From Alphaproteobacteria bacterium (lineage in GTDB: Bacteria > Pseudomonadota > Alphaproteobacteria > Rs-D84): a DNA stretch of 64,000 bases. Numbering within the stretch: position 1 is the first letter of the stretch; each line of letters opens with the position of its first letter. The stretch covers positions 77,834-141,833 of the forward strand of contig JAFXPG010000005.1 in NCBI GenBank assembly GCA_017528045.1, read 5' to 3'. The position numbers were made by a program, and so were the translations under genes. Of the stretch, positions 8,657-18,789 are shown piece by piece. Under the pieces are notes generated by a model. It made no database searches, was not told where the DNA came from, and was given only the letters and a program-made list of their open reading frames with translations.

Positions 8657-9529
8657 ATGGAAGAAAAACAAGAATTAATATCATCAAATATGGAAATGAC
8701 AGCTGGCGAAATGTTGCGTAATGCCAGAACAACGGGTCGCAGAAAACGTGAAATTGCAACAATTTCAAAATTATTATGTATTCGTGAAGATTTTCTTACT
8801 GCGTTAGAAGAAGGTAATTATCGTGTTATTCCAGAAGATGTTTATATCTTGGGTTTTGCACGCAGCTATGCTGTGGAATTAGGATTAGATCCAGACGAAG
8901 TTATTTTGAAATTAAAGCGTGAATTAGGACTGGTTTCTGAAAAGAAAGACGAAGAACAAGAAGTTAAAACAGAAGAAAAAAAAGAAAATGTAAAAATAAA
9001 TAAAGAAACAATACAAAAATATATCAAAACGTATGTTGAATACGTAAAAAAACATTGGATTTGGTTTGTTTCTGGTTTGTGTGCTGTTATTTTGTTGTTT
9101 GTTTTAATAGCTGTTTTTTCTGGAAAATCTGAACAAACACAAATCCCAGAAGTACAACAAATTTCAACAAATACAAATGTCACAACAACAGAAACAGTTA
9201 TAAAAGAACCTGATTTCAGATATCCTGTTCGTGAAAGATTTGAATCAAAAAATCGTAAAGAATCACAGGTTGTTTTACAGGCGGAAAAAGAATCTTGGGT
9301 AAAGATAGAAGATGCTCGTGGAAATACTGTCTTTTCACGTGTCTTGGTTCCAGGAGATGTTTATTACATGCCAAATTTAGATAATTTAAAGGGAACTTTT
9401 GGTAATGTTGGTGGTATAGATGTTTGGGTTGACGGCCAATTAATTAAAAAATTGGGACCAGCTAATACCAGAAAAACAGGTATATCTATGGCACCAAATG
9501 CTTTGAAAGCAGTTGGTGTTGCTGAATAA
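8657..9529 (+). CDS. rodZ: RodZ-like cytoskeleton protein (HTH, TM helix, DUF4115-like C-terminus)
   Basis: The N-terminal HTH reads GEMLRNARTTGRRKREIATISKLLCIREDFLTALEEG. This is followed by an acidic linker, a TM helix and a C-terminal beta domain. The start is the ATG at 8657, preceded by an AAAGGA RBS. Confidence 0.7.
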   Translation: MEEKQELISSNMEMTAGEMLRNARTTGRRKREIATISKLLCIREDFLTALEEGNYRVIPEDVYILGFARSYAVELGLDPDEVILKLKRELGLVSEKKDEEQEVKTEEKKENVKINKETIQKYIKTYVEYVKKHWIWFVSGLCAVILLFVLIAVFSGKSEQTQIPEVQQISTNTNVTTTETVIKEPDFRYPVRERFESKNRKESQVVLQAEKESWVKIEDARGNTVFSRVLVPGDVYYMPNLDNLKGTFGNVGGIDVWVDGQLIKKLGPANTRKTGISMAPNALKAVGVAE

Positions 9530-9579
9530 TTGTTTGTAACAATTGATTTTTTTCATGTTTGAACTATATAAAAAATACT

Positions 9580-12438
9580 ATGACTGGATTTATAAAGATT
9601 CGTGGTGCACGCGAAAATAATCTTAAAAATATCGATTTAGACCTGCCAAAAAATAAATTGGTGGTGTTGACAGGTGTATCAGGATCGGGAAAATCATCTT
9701 TGGCTTTTAATACAATATATGCTGAAGGACAAAGAAGATACGTAGAATCTTTATCTTCTTATGCACGTCAATTTTTGGATATGCAAAAAAAACCAGAAGT
9801 TGATTTAATAGAAGGTTTATCTCCGGCAATTTCTATTGAACAAAAAACAACTTCTAAAAATCCACGATCTACTGTTGGAACAGTTACAGAAATTTATGAT
9901 TATTTACGTTTGTTGTGGGCCAGAATAGGTGTTCCTTATTCTCCTGTAACTGGATTACCAATTAAATCTCAGACAATAGCAGAAATGGTAGAATGGACGC
10001 TAAAAATTCCACATGGTGTGAAATTTTATATAATGGCACCAATGGTACGAGATCGTAAAGGTGAATATAAAAAAGAAATAGCTTTCTTAATTAAACAAGG
10101 TTATCAGCGTGCTATAATTGACGGACAATTATATGATTTATCATCTGTGCCGGCTTTGGATAAAAATAAAAAACATAATATTTTTATTATCATAGATCGC
10201 GTTTCAATGCCAAATGAAGATTTGTCTGGTGATGAAGCAGAAGAATTTCGTTCACGTTTATATGCTTCTTTTGAAGCATCATTAAGATTGGTCCCTGGTG
10301 CCGTAATTGTAAGAAGATTAGACACAGGTGAAGATTCTTTATATTCACAAGAATATGCTTGTCCTGTCAGTGGGTTTACTGTTCCAAAAATAGAACCAAG
10401 ATTGTTTTCTTTTAATGCACCAATGGGTGCATGCAGTGCATGTGATGGTTTGGGTGTTCAATTGAATATTTCACCAGATTTAGTGGTTCCTGATCCAACA
10501 AAATCTATATTAGGTGGTGCGATTGCACCATGGTCACGTGGTGGTATGTTAAGTCAATATGAAAATGTTTTGGATGCTTTACATAAACAATATAAAATTC
10601 CATTATCAAAACCATGGCACACATTATCTGACAAAGATAAAAATATTATCTTGTATGGTACAGGGGATGAACCCATAAAAATAAATTGGAATGGATATAT
10701 TTATGAAAAACCATATGAAGGTGTAATTCCTAATTTGGAACGCAGATTACGTGAATCTGATTCTGATGCAACAAGAACAGAATTGGCAAAATATCAATCT
10801 GAAAAACCATGTCCAGTATGTCATGGAAAAAGATTAAATATCCAAGCATTATGTATAAAAATAAACAATTGTGATATTATGGATGTTTGTGAAATGTCCA
10901 TAGATGAATCTTTGAAATGGTTCCAAGATTTACCAAAGCATTTAACTAAAAAAGAAAACGATATTGCTGGTATTGTTTTACGTGAAATTACTTCAAGATT
11001 GTATTTTTTACAGAATGTTGGTTTGGGATATTTAACAATGTCTAGAATGGCTGGAACATTATCTGGTGGTGAAGCGCAACGTATAAGATTGGCTTCTCAG
11101 ATAGGAAGTGGATTATCAGGGGTTTTATATGTCCTGGATGAGCCTTCAATCGGTTTGCATCAAAGCGATAATGATAAATTAATAGATACTTTAAAGATGT
11201 TGCGCGATAAAGATAATACAGTTATTGTCGTTGAACATGATGAAGACATGATGCGTGAAGCTGATTATTTGGTTGATATTGGTCGTGGTGCTGGTATAAA
11301 TGGTGGAAATGTAATTGCATCAGGAACCCCAGCGCAAGTTATAAAAAATCCAAATTCATTAACAGGTCAATATTTATCTGGTAAACGTAAAATAGATGTA
11401 CCTAAAAAACGCAGAGAAGGAAACGGTAAAAGTATAAAAATAGAAGGTGCACGTGCCAATAATCTGAAAAATGTTACAGTTGAATTTCCTTTGGGTAAAT
11501 TTATTGCTTTAACAGGTGTGTCTGGTTCTGGAAAATCAACTTTATTATTGAATACGTTATATCCTGCTTTGATGCGTGCTTTGTATAATTCCAAGATGGA
11601 AGCTGGGGCACACGATATTATTCGTGGTATGGAAAATATAGATAAAGTTGTTGATATTGATCAATCTCCAATTGGACGCAGTCCACGCAGTAACCCAGCA
11701 ACATATGTAGGAGTGTTTAATAATATCCGTGATTTTTTCGCAAATCTACCAGAAGCAAAAACTCGTGGATATGATGCAGGTCGTTTTTCTTTCAATGTCA
11801 AAGGTGGACGTTGTGAAGCATGCCAGGGTGATGGACAAATTAAAATAGAAATGAATTTCTTGGCTGATATCTATGTTGAATGTGATAAATGTCATGGTCA
11901 AAGATATAACGATGAAACATTGGCTGTTAAATACAAAGGTAAATCTATTGCTGATGTTTTGAATATGACAGTTGAAGAAGCATACAGATTCTTTATAAAC
12001 GTGCCACAAATTGCACGTAAATTAGAATTATTAAAACGTGTTGGCTTAGATTATATTAAACTGGGACAAAGTTCTTTGGATTTATCAGGTGGTGAAGCAC
12101 AACGTATAAAGTTATCAAAAGAATTAGCTGCACGTAGTACTGGTCAAACAATTTATATCTTAGACGAACCAACAACAGGATTACATTTTGAAGATATAAA
12201 GTCTTTATTATCAGTGTTACATGAATTTGTAGATCAAGGAAATACAGTTATAGTTATAGAACATAATTTGGAAGTTATAAAAACAGCAGATTGGATTGTT
12301 GATTTAGGTCCAAATGGTGGTGCTGGCGGTGGACGAGTAGTTGGCGTAGGAACCCCAGAACAAATTGCTGAAAATCCAGAGTCTTTAACAGGTAAATATC
12401 TTAAAAAGTATCTGGACAAACCAAAGAAAAGCAAATAA
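9580..12438 (+). CDS. uvrA: Excinuclease ABC subunit A
   Basis: It has two ABC ATPase modules ([10 protein letters not shown] and [10 protein letters not shown]), zinc-finger cysteines, and LSGGEAQR twice. I prefer the ATG at 9580. Confidence 0.97.
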   Translation: MTGFIKIRGARENNLKNIDLDLPKNKLVVLTGVSGSGKSSLAFNTIYAEGQRRYVESLSSYARQFLDMQKKPEVDLIEGLSPAISIEQKTTSKNPRSTVGTVTEIYDYLRLLWARIGVPYSPVTGLPIKSQTIAEMVEWTLKIPHGVKFYIMAPMVRDRKGEYKKEIAFLIKQGYQRAIIDGQLYDLSSVPALDKNKKHNIFIIIDRVSMPNEDLSGDEAEEFRSRLYASFEASLRLVPGAVIVRRLDTGEDSLYSQEYACPVSGFTVPKIEPRLFSFNAPMGACSACDGLGVQLNISPDLVVPDPTKSILGGAIAPWSRGGMLSQYENVLDALHKQYKIPLSKPWHTLSDKDKNIILYGTGDEPIKINWNGYIYEKPYEGVIPNLERRLRESDSDATRTELAKYQSEKPCPVCHGKRLNIQALCIKINNCDIMDVCEMSIDESLKWFQDLPKHLTKKENDIAGIVLREITSRLYFLQNVGLGYLTMSRMAGTLSGGEAQRIRLASQIGSGLSGVLYVLDEPSIGLHQSDNDKLIDTLKMLRDKDNTVIVVEHDEDMMREADYLVDIGRGAGINGGNVIASGTPAQVIKNPNSLTGQYLSGKRKIDVPKKRREGNGKSIKIEGARANNLKNVTVEFPLGKFIALTGVSGSGKSTLLLNTLYPALMRALYNSKMEAGAHDIIRGMENIDKVVDIDQSPIGRSPRSNPATYVGVFNNIRDFFANLPEAKTRGYDAGRFSFNVKGGRCEACQGDGQIKIEMNFLADIYVECDKCHGQRYNDETLAVKYKGKSIADVLNMTVEEAYRFFINVPQIARKLELLKRVGLDYIKLGQSSLDLSGGEAQRIKLSKELAARSTGQTIYILDEPTTGLHFEDIKSLLSVLHEFVDQGNTVIVIEHNLEVIKTADWIVDLGPNGGAGGGRVVGVGTPEQIAENPESLTGKYLKKYLDKPKKSK

Positions 12439-12472
12439 TATTAATTAAAAATAACAAATATAGGAGAAAACC

Positions 12473-12985
12473 ATGTTCGGATTTGGAAAAAAGAAAAAAG
12501 TAGAAGAAAAAAACGAAAATATCGATATAGAAAAAGAAGCTGCTAAAATGCCATCTGGTATGAAAGAAACAGCTGAACGTATGATGTCTGGTCAATTTGA
12601 TATGAATGATATGTTGGCTCAATTAAAACAAATTAAGAAAATGAGCAATTTCAGTGGTCTTTTAAAAATGGTTCCTGGGATGTCTGGCGCAGTTGCTGCT
12701 ATGAAAGAAAAAATTGCTGATGGCAGTGTTGATGCACAAATAAAAATATTAGAAGCTATGTCAGCAGAAGAACGCAGTGAACCAGAAAAAATATTTGCTA
12801 ATGCTAAAGCACGTATTGCTGAAACTGCGGGTTGTTCTGTTCGTGATGTAGAACATATTATAAAACAGTATACAAAAATGAAACAACAAATGGCAATGAT
12901 TCAACGTATGGGGGGAATGGAAGCTGTTATGCAACGTATGCAATCTCAAGGTGGTTTCCCAGGAGCAAAACCAGGAGCAAAATAA
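12473..12985 (+). CDS. Stand-alone SRP54/Ffh M-domain protein (the N and G domains are absent here)
   Basis: This 170-aa protein aligns by eye with the C-terminal third of Ffh: QFDMNDMLAQLKQIKKM, LLKMVPGM, a methionine-rich tail, and RIAETAGCSVRDVEHIIKQY. It has its own TAGGAG RBS and lies directly after the uvrA stop. Confidence 0.75.
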   Translation: MFGFGKKKKVEEKNENIDIEKEAAKMPSGMKETAERMMSGQFDMNDMLAQLKQIKKMSNFSGLLKMVPGMSGAVAAMKEKIADGSVDAQIKILEAMSAEERSEPEKIFANAKARIAETAGCSVRDVEHIIKQYTKMKQQMAMIQRMGGMEAVMQRMQSQGGFPGAKPGAK

Positions 12986-12996
12986 AGGGGACTCTT

Positions 12997-13287
12997 ATGC
13001 AAATAGCGGTAAAAATAGAAAATATACTTAACAGATTGTTTCGTGATGAAGCGATTGCTGTTAGTGAACCTCGTGAATGGATTATAAAATATAAAGATGT
13101 TGGTACCAGACTAGAAGGTTATATTGTAGATGTTACATATAAATATGCTGGTAAACAGTCTAAATATTTTAATATTGATAATGATCATTTTTTGTTGGTC
13201 AGCAAATCAGATGCTTTTAAAGCTGCTCATGGTTTTTATTCTATGATACGTGAAAAAATAAAACAACATAATGAAAATTCTAAATAA
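12997..13287 (+). CDS. Hypothetical protein (96 aa)
   Basis: AAGGGG RBS. I recognise no family. Its 3' end overlaps the rlmE start by 17 nt. Confidence 0.55.
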   Translation: MQIAVKIENILNRLFRDEAIAVSEPREWIIKYKDVGTRLEGYIVDVTYKYAGKQSKYFNIDNDHFLLVSKSDAFKAAHGFYSMIREKIKQHNENSK

Positions 13288-13930
13288 AAAGATAGCACAA
13301 CATAAATCATCTGTGGCTTGGCTTCAGCGTCAGGCACATGATCCATATGTAGCAAAAGCTCAAAAGGAAGGATATAGGGCTCGTGCTGCATATAAAATTA
13401 TAGAAATGAATGAATAATATCATTTCTTTAAAAATGGTCAGGTTGTTGTTGATTTAGGAGCTGCACCTGGGTCTTGGTCGCAATATGTTGCACGTGATTT
13501 TCCAAAATCTAAAATATTTGCTATGGATTTATTAGAAATCAAGCCTATTAATGGTGTGGAAACATATCAGGGTGATTTTACTAGTGATGAAGCTTTGCGC
13601 TGGCTTGAAGAAAAATTAAATTTGCCTCACGATGAATTTGGACAAGGAACCGCGGATATTGTTATGTCTGATATGGCTCCAAATACAGTTGGACATAAAA
13701 AAACAGATCATTTACGTCAAATGGTTTTGTTGGAATATGCTTTCGATTTTGCATTAAAAGCTTTGAAAGTAGGGGGAACATTTGTTGCAAAGTCTTTTAC
13801 TGGTGGTACAACGAATGATTTAATTAAACAAATAAATTCACATTTTGAACATGTACATCATATAAAACCACCATCTTCACGTAAAGATAGTGTTGAAATG
13901 TTTATTGTTGCAACAGGGTTCAAAGGTTAA
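13271..13930 (+). pseudogene. rlmE: 23S rRNA U2552 2'-O-methyltransferase RlmE/FtsJ, interrupted by an in-frame TAA at 13415-13417
   Basis: The ATG at 13271 and the track ORF 13523..13930 are in the same frame. The translation reads ...[56 protein letters not shown]..., a full-length RlmE with a single nonsense codon. Confidence 0.8.
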
Positions 13931-13965
13931 TATAAAAACTTTATTTTGTTTTTTTACATTAATTT

Positions 13966-13977
13966 TTGTGATAGTAT
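13966..13977 (+). promoter_or_regulatory. Extended -10-like promoter element (TGTGATAGTAT) upstream of the DUF805 gene
   Basis: A T-tract followed by TGnTAGTAT, about 34 nt before the ATG at 14011. Confidence 0.35.
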
Positions 13978-14010
13978 ACTAGTACATATTTAGAATGAAA
14001 GGATTATATA

Positions 14011-14505
14011 ATGAAACAAACAAAAACATCTAAGAAAACAACTACTAAAACAACAAAGTCTGTTGCGGTTGAAAAAAAATACAATTCTTTTGTTGATGCT
14101 ATTATAAAATATTGGACAGGATATATAGATTTTAAAGGAACTTCTTCACGTAAAGAATTTTGGTTTGCAGTATTATTTTTAGTATTGGTTGATATTTTAT
14201 TTTCTGTCATAGGTATTAAATTTTTATCTGCTTTATTAACAGCGATATTCTTTTTGCCTTCTCGTGCTTTAGCGTTCAGACGCTATCATGATGCTGGATT
14301 TTCTGGTTTATGGAATTTAATACCTTATTTGACATTGTTTGTTTGGGCGGGAATTCGTTCGGATAAATGGCTGTTCTTTTTAAATTTAGAATTTATACCT
14401 GGTGATTTAAAATTATTCTTGTTACTTGGTTTAGTATGGAGTGTGTTTAATTTAGTTATTTTGTTAAAAGAGCCTAAATTAAAAGATAATATTTACCGTA
14501 AATAA
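14011..14505 (+). CDS. DUF805-family inner membrane protein
   Basis: The motifs GTSSRKEFWF and RRYHDAGFSGLWNL plus multiple TM helices are typical of DUF805 (YhaH-like) proteins. Confidence 0.75.
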   Translation: MKQTKTSKKTTTKTTKSVAVEKKYNSFVDAIIKYWTGYIDFKGTSSRKEFWFAVLFLVLVDILFSVIGIKFLSALLTAIFFLPSRALAFRRYHDAGFSGLWNLIPYLTLFVWAGIRSDKWLFFLNLEFIPGDLKLFLLLGLVWSVFNLVILLKEPKLKDNIYRK

Positions 14506-14533
14506 AAAAAAACGTCCATTTGGACGTTTTTTA
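14504..14533. terminator. Bidirectional intrinsic terminator
   Basis: Stem cgtcc/ggacg with A8 upstream and T6 downstream, between convergent genes. Confidence 0.8.
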
Positions 14534-14959
14534 TTTGTAACTTTCTGCTGCTGTTCTTGCTAAATCATCAACACGTTCATTGAATTCTTCACCGGCATGA
14601 CCTTTAACCCAAACCCAGTGAATTTTTATTTTTTCAGCTAATTCATCCAATTGTTGCCACAATTCTTTATTTTTCACAGGTTTTTTATCAGCTGTTTTCC
14701 AATTGTTTTTCTTCCAATTTTTAATCCAAGATTGCATACCATTTTTAACATATTGACTGTCTGTATGTATTTCTATTTCATCATGTTTTTTTGCCGCTGT
14801 TAAGGCTTTTATGACTGCGGTCAATTCCATTTTGTTATTAGTTGTATCTTTTTCGCCACCACAACGTTCAGCAATATTTGTGCCATCAGTAGCAATAAAT
14901 CCCCATCCACCAGGACCAGGATTTCCTAAACAACTGCCATCTGTCCAAATTTTTAACAT
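14531..14959 (-). CDS. rnhA: Ribonuclease HI
   Basis: It reads MLKIWTDGSCLGNPGPGGWG and carries the TNNKMEL and HTDSQY motifs. I moved the start to the ATG at 14959. Confidence 0.95.
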   Translation of the reverse strand: MLKIWTDGSCLGNPGPGGWGFIATDGTNIAERCGGEKDTTNNKMELTAVIKALTAAKKHDEIEIHTDSQYVKNGMQSWIKNWKKNNWKTADKKPVKNKELWQQLDELAEKIKIHWVWVKGHAGEEFNERVDDLARTAAESYK

Positions 14960-14976
14960 TTTATTTATATCCTTTT

Positions 14977-14987
14977 TGTGATATAAT
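14977..14987 (+). promoter_or_regulatory. Extended -10 promoter (TGTGATATAAT) for tkt, possibly giving a leaderless mRNA
   Basis: TG at 14979-80 and TATAAT at 14982-87. The tkt ATG at 14996 is only 8 nt after the -10 element, and there is no SD sequence. Confidence 0.45.
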
Positions 14988-14995
14988 ATCATAAA

Positions 14996-16771
14996 ATGAA
15001 ATTTAATGCCAAACAATTACAACAAATGTCAAATGTTGCACGCAGCTGCGCGTTGGGTGCTGTTTTGACTGCACACAGTGGACATATTGGAATTATTTTA
15101 GATGCCTCTGAAATTTTAACGTGTGTTTTTGCAAATCATTTAAGACGTGGCATAGATAGATTTGTTCTGTCTGCTGGACATGGCAGTGCTTTGTTATATT
15201 CTGTTTTAAAATTATCAGGATATAATATTGGTGATTTACATTCTTTTCGTAAATTTGGTGGTTTGCCTGGTCATCCAGAATATGGTATTGATGGGATAGA
15301 TGCTACAACAGGACCTTTGGGGCAAGGTGTTGGTAATGCTGTTGGTTTGGCTTTGTCTCAAAAAATTCGTGGTATTCGTGCGCGAACATATTGTTTTGTT
15401 TCTGATGGCGATTTAATGGAAGGTGTTTCTTTCGAAAGTTTGGCTTTTGCTGGACGTATGAATTTGAATAATTTGATTGTTTTGTGGGATGATAATAAAT
15501 TGTCGATAGATGGAATTGCTCAAACAGATTTGGATATCGGTGCTCGTATGCGTTCAATGGGATTTAATGTTATGGCGATTCGTGGTAATGATATTAATGC
15601 CATAGAACATGCTTTGGATCGTGCAGAAAAATCAACAGCACCAGTATTTATTCAATGTAAAAATATTCTTGGACGTGGATCTTCTTTGGAAAATACATCG
15701 CGTGCACATGGATTGGCTTTATCAGATACAGAAATACTAGAATTGATATCTAAAAATGCCAACGAAGAAGGTTTGAATTTGTGGAATGTTGTTGGTAAAC
15801 GTCCAATTGCAAATACTGTCAAGGCAATAAATAGTTGTATATCGGTAAAAATTCCAAAAACCCCAGAACGTATTTCCACAAGAGAATTGTCCGGAATTTA
15901 TCTAGATTTATTAATGAAAGCGGGTGCGGATTTAATAACGGGGTCTGCAGATTTGGCGGACAATACACGTGTAAGGACATCTGTATCTAAAGATATTAGT
16001 CCAAAAAAATTTGATGGCAATTATATGAATTATGGTGTTCGTGAACATGGTATGGGGGCGATAATGAACGGTTTGTCAATTGGTGGTTTAAAACCAATTG
16101 GTTCAACATTTTTGGCTTTCAGTGATTATATGCGACCTGCAATCAGAATAGCTGCTTTATCTAATTTGCCAGTTATTTATGTTTTTTCTCATGACAGTAT
16201 TTGTGTTGGTGAAGATGGTCCAACACATCAACCTGTTGAACAATTACCTTCTTTAAGATTGATTCCAAATTTGATGGTTTATCGTCCATGTAATATTACA
16301 GAAACAGCATTTACATGGAATACAATGATTTGTGATAATGAACATCCATCTGCAATTATTTTATCTCGTCAAAAATTTAAACAAATACCAACACCAAATG
16401 GTTCAGATTTAAGCAAGGGTGCATATGTAATATATCCGTCAAAATCAGGACATGCAAAAACAACTATCTTAGCCACCGGTTCAGAAGTGCCTTTGGCGGT
16501 AGAAATAGCATCTCAATTTAAAAATGTCCAAGTTGTTTCTGTATTGAATTTATCTGTGTTCAAAGAACAAGATAATAAATATAAAAATGAAATTTTACGT
16601 GGTTGTGTTATTGCCATAGAAGCCGCTGCGCCTGGCTGTTGGTTTGAAATTGCTGATGCTGTAATTGGTATTGATAAATTTGGGGCTTCTGGGGATGCTG
16701 ATACCATTTATAAAGAATATGGTTTTGATATTGATAAAATAACACAAGAAATAAAAAAATATATCAAATAA
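14996..16771 (+). CDS. tkt: Transketolase (short form, 591 aa)
   Basis: The motifs HSGHIG, FVLSAGHGSALLY, GHPE and GPLGQGVGNAVG are present, with ThDP-binding, Pyr and C-terminal domains. Confidence 0.9.
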   Translation: MKFNAKQLQQMSNVARSCALGAVLTAHSGHIGIILDASEILTCVFANHLRRGIDRFVLSAGHGSALLYSVLKLSGYNIGDLHSFRKFGGLPGHPEYGIDGIDATTGPLGQGVGNAVGLALSQKIRGIRARTYCFVSDGDLMEGVSFESLAFAGRMNLNNLIVLWDDNKLSIDGIAQTDLDIGARMRSMGFNVMAIRGNDINAIEHALDRAEKSTAPVFIQCKNILGRGSSLENTSRAHGLALSDTEILELISKNANEEGLNLWNVVGKRPIANTVKAINSCISVKIPKTPERISTRELSGIYLDLLMKAGADLITGSADLADNTRVRTSVSKDISPKKFDGNYMNYGVREHGMGAIMNGLSIGGLKPIGSTFLAFSDYMRPAIRIAALSNLPVIYVFSHDSICVGEDGPTHQPVEQLPSLRLIPNLMVYRPCNITETAFTWNTMICDNEHPSAIILSRQKFKQIPTPNGSDLSKGAYVIYPSKSGHAKTTILATGSEVPLAVEIASQFKNVQVVSVLNLSVFKEQDNKYKNEILRGCVIAIEAAAPGCWFEIADAVIGIDKFGASGDADTIYKEYGFDIDKITQEIKKYIK

Positions 16772-16772
16772 A

Positions 16773-17477
16773 ATGAATTCAGATTTCTTTTTTACTTTAC
16801 AATCAGGTGAACAAATACCAATTATCATAGAAACAAGGCATGGTGTTCGTAATGTTACTTTGCGACCTAAAACAATGCCAAAGAAAGAAATTCATGTTAC
16901 AAAACCTTGGTCTACATCGACGAAATTTGTATTAAATTTTGTTGAATCTAAACAAAAATGGATTGAAAAAATTTTTAATTCTGTACCGTCCAAAGAACAT
17001 GTAAAACCTGGGGATACTGTTGAATTTTTTGGGCGAAATGTTTTGTTAAAACACGATGAAAATATACGTTCAAACAAATATTTAAATACAGACAAAACAA
17101 CATTGTGTATTGGGGGCGGGGCGGATATGTTTGAAAGACGTGTCCGCGATTTTATAAAAAGCGAATTGTTGGAAGAAATAAAGATTATAATAAAAACAAC
17201 CCCACGGGAATATTGGCCAAAACATATATCGTTAAGGGATACAACTTCACGATGGGGATCTTGTTCCAGTACGGGGAATATGTCTTTTTCTTGGCGGCTG
17301 GCTTTTGCGCCATACGAAGTAATGCGATATGTGGTTATGCATGAATTATCACACACAAAACATATGGATCATTCGCCGGAATTTTGGGCAACGGTTTCAC
17401 AATTATATGGTTTTGGTGTTGAACGCGCAAAAAGATGGTTGGCTAAAAACGGACAAAGTTTACATAAATATTTCTGA
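16773..17477 (+). CDS. DUF45/YgjP-like M48-type metal-dependent hydrolase
   Basis: It carries the HELSHTKHMDHSPEFW zinc motif and the SRWGSCS motif. Confidence 0.8.
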   Translation: MNSDFFFTLQSGEQIPIIIETRHGVRNVTLRPKTMPKKEIHVTKPWSTSTKFVLNFVESKQKWIEKIFNSVPSKEHVKPGDTVEFFGRNVLLKHDENIRSNKYLNTDKTTLCIGGGADMFERRVRDFIKSELLEEIKIIIKTTPREYWPKHISLRDTTSRWGSCSSTGNMSFSWRLAFAPYEVMRYVVMHELSHTKHMDHSPEFWATVSQLYGFGVERAKRWLAKNGQSLHKYF

Positions 17478-17547
17478 TAAAAAGGCTTTCTTTAATTTTC
17501 TATTTATGATAAAATACAAACAAAATATATTCAAAGGAAGGTTTTTC

Positions 17548-18783
17548 ATGAAAAAAATTTTTGCATGTGCTTTTTTAATTGGAATGTGTTCATTTTCTGT
17601 ATTTGCTGATGAGTATGGTGAAGTAGATGCATGGGAGGTTGAAGGAAATGAGTGTAAAAAAATAAAGCGTGCTCCAGTGATAAATGGAAAATGCAGCGGC
17701 CCAAATGATTCTTGTACTGTTAGTGGCGCAACCGAAACAAAATGTGTACAAGTAAGAAGCACGCCTGGTGCAGCCCCAGAATGGTCTTGTGCGGCAACAA
17801 AATGTGAAAATGGTAAATTTTTATGGTTGGGTTGGAATGTAAACCAATGGGTTTCTATGGGTGTTTGTCATGATGCAGGTTATTGTAGATGTGGAACGTG
17901 TAAAATAAATGGTACGTCTGGTACATGTGTGCCTGCTTTAGAAATGGAAAAAGAAAATCATGATAAAGCTGCGGATAGATATCCAGGAACAGCTGTTTAT
18001 AACAGATGTATGTGTTCATATGATTATGGTGAAGTAACTTTGACTATTCCTGGTACTATTCCTAATACTACTATTGGTGGAGCTTGTGATAATCTTGATA
18101 CTCCGGCAGAACAACAATGTTGCAGAGAAGCCGGTAATACAACTGCAACAGAACAATATAAATGTTGTGTTGCTAATAGAAAAAACGGTCAAAATGTTAA
18201 ATGGGAATATGGTCAATGTAATTGTGCTGTTGGTGAATGGAATCCAGATAGCGGGATTTGCGAATGTGAAGTAGACCTTAGTTCTGATGTAAAATATACC
18301 TGTAAGGTTGGAAATACACGATTTTTGATAAATTTGACAGGGGGCGAAACACTAAAAATACCTGTTCCTGTGGGAATTGACCAAAAATGTACTGAATTAG
18401 AAAATAAATTAAATGAACACGCAGGAAAAATGGCAGAAGATATAGAATGGTTAAATAAAATTTGTCAAATGGTAACTGGTTCAGATAGTGGTTTAAATGG
18501 TGGGGGTGTATCTGGTGGAATTTCTCAGTTGGATAAATGGATTTCAGGACTAGAAAGCAGTAAAAGTAAATGGAAAGATGCTGCTGGTAATTTTAATGGT
18601 GCACGTTTGGCATCTGATTTGACAGCCGGTGTTGTATTGGGAACAGTTGGTGGTGTCGTTTCTGGGGTTGTTATAAAAAAGAAACAAGTTGAAAAAGGTT
18701 TTGATGCTCTTAATTGTTCTGTTGGTGGTCAAAAAATGGCAAATTGGGGCGATGAATTCAGGGTAGAATTCCGCAGATATTAA
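17548..18783 (+). CDS. Cysteine-rich secreted protein with a C-terminal TM anchor cassette (paralog A)
   Basis: The start is the ATG at 17548 with an AAGGAAGG RBS (the track start at 17329 lies inside the previous gene). The signal peptide is MKKIFACAFLIGMCSFSVFA. The mature region has many cysteines. The C-terminus has the TM helix LTAGVVLGTVGGVVSGVVI followed by KKK. Confidence 0.75.
   Translation: MKKIFACAFLIGMCSFSVFADEYGEVDAWEVEGNECKKIKRAPVINGKCSGPNDSCTVSGATETKCVQVRSTPGAAPEWSCAATKCENGKFLWLGWNVNQWVSMGVCHDAGYCRCGTCKINGTSGTCVPALEMEKENHDKAADRYPGTAVYNRCMCSYDYGEVTLTIPGTIPNTTIGGACDNLDTPAEQQCCREAGNTTATEQYKCCVANRKNGQNVKWEYGQCNCAVGEWNPDSGICECEVDLSSDVKYTCKVGNTRFLINLTGGETLKIPVPVGIDQKCTELENKLNEHAGKMAEDIEWLNKICQMVTGSDSGLNGGGVSGGISQLDKWISGLESSKSKWKDAAGNFNGARLASDLTAGVVLGTVGGVVSGVVIKKKQVEKGFDALNCSVGGQKMANWGDEFRVEFRRY
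18565..18705 (+). repeat. Near-identical 3' cassette, copy 1
   Basis: By manual alignment, 18565-18650 matches 19501-19586 perfectly over 86 nt. Across the full 141 nt there are only 3 mismatches. Confidence 0.9.
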
Positions 18784-18789
18784 TAATAA

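Noticed and set aside
13415-13417. The in-frame TAA in rlmE was considered as evidence of stop-codon reassignment.
   Set aside because: Most confidently identified genes in the window (for example lepB, rnhA, aroK and the 17548 gene) terminate at TAA at the expected protein ends. TAA is therefore a functional stop in this genome.
16892-17356. A 154-aa ORF lies antisense to the DUF45 hydrolase gene. Similar antisense ORFs occur at 21592-22008 (prfA), 23347-23736 (aroK), 3267-3677 (secG/rnc), 53008-53430 (rpsA) and 55477-55872 (thyA).
   Set aside because: Each is fully embedded in a strongly supported conserved gene on the other strand. None has a recognisable motif or a translation signal.
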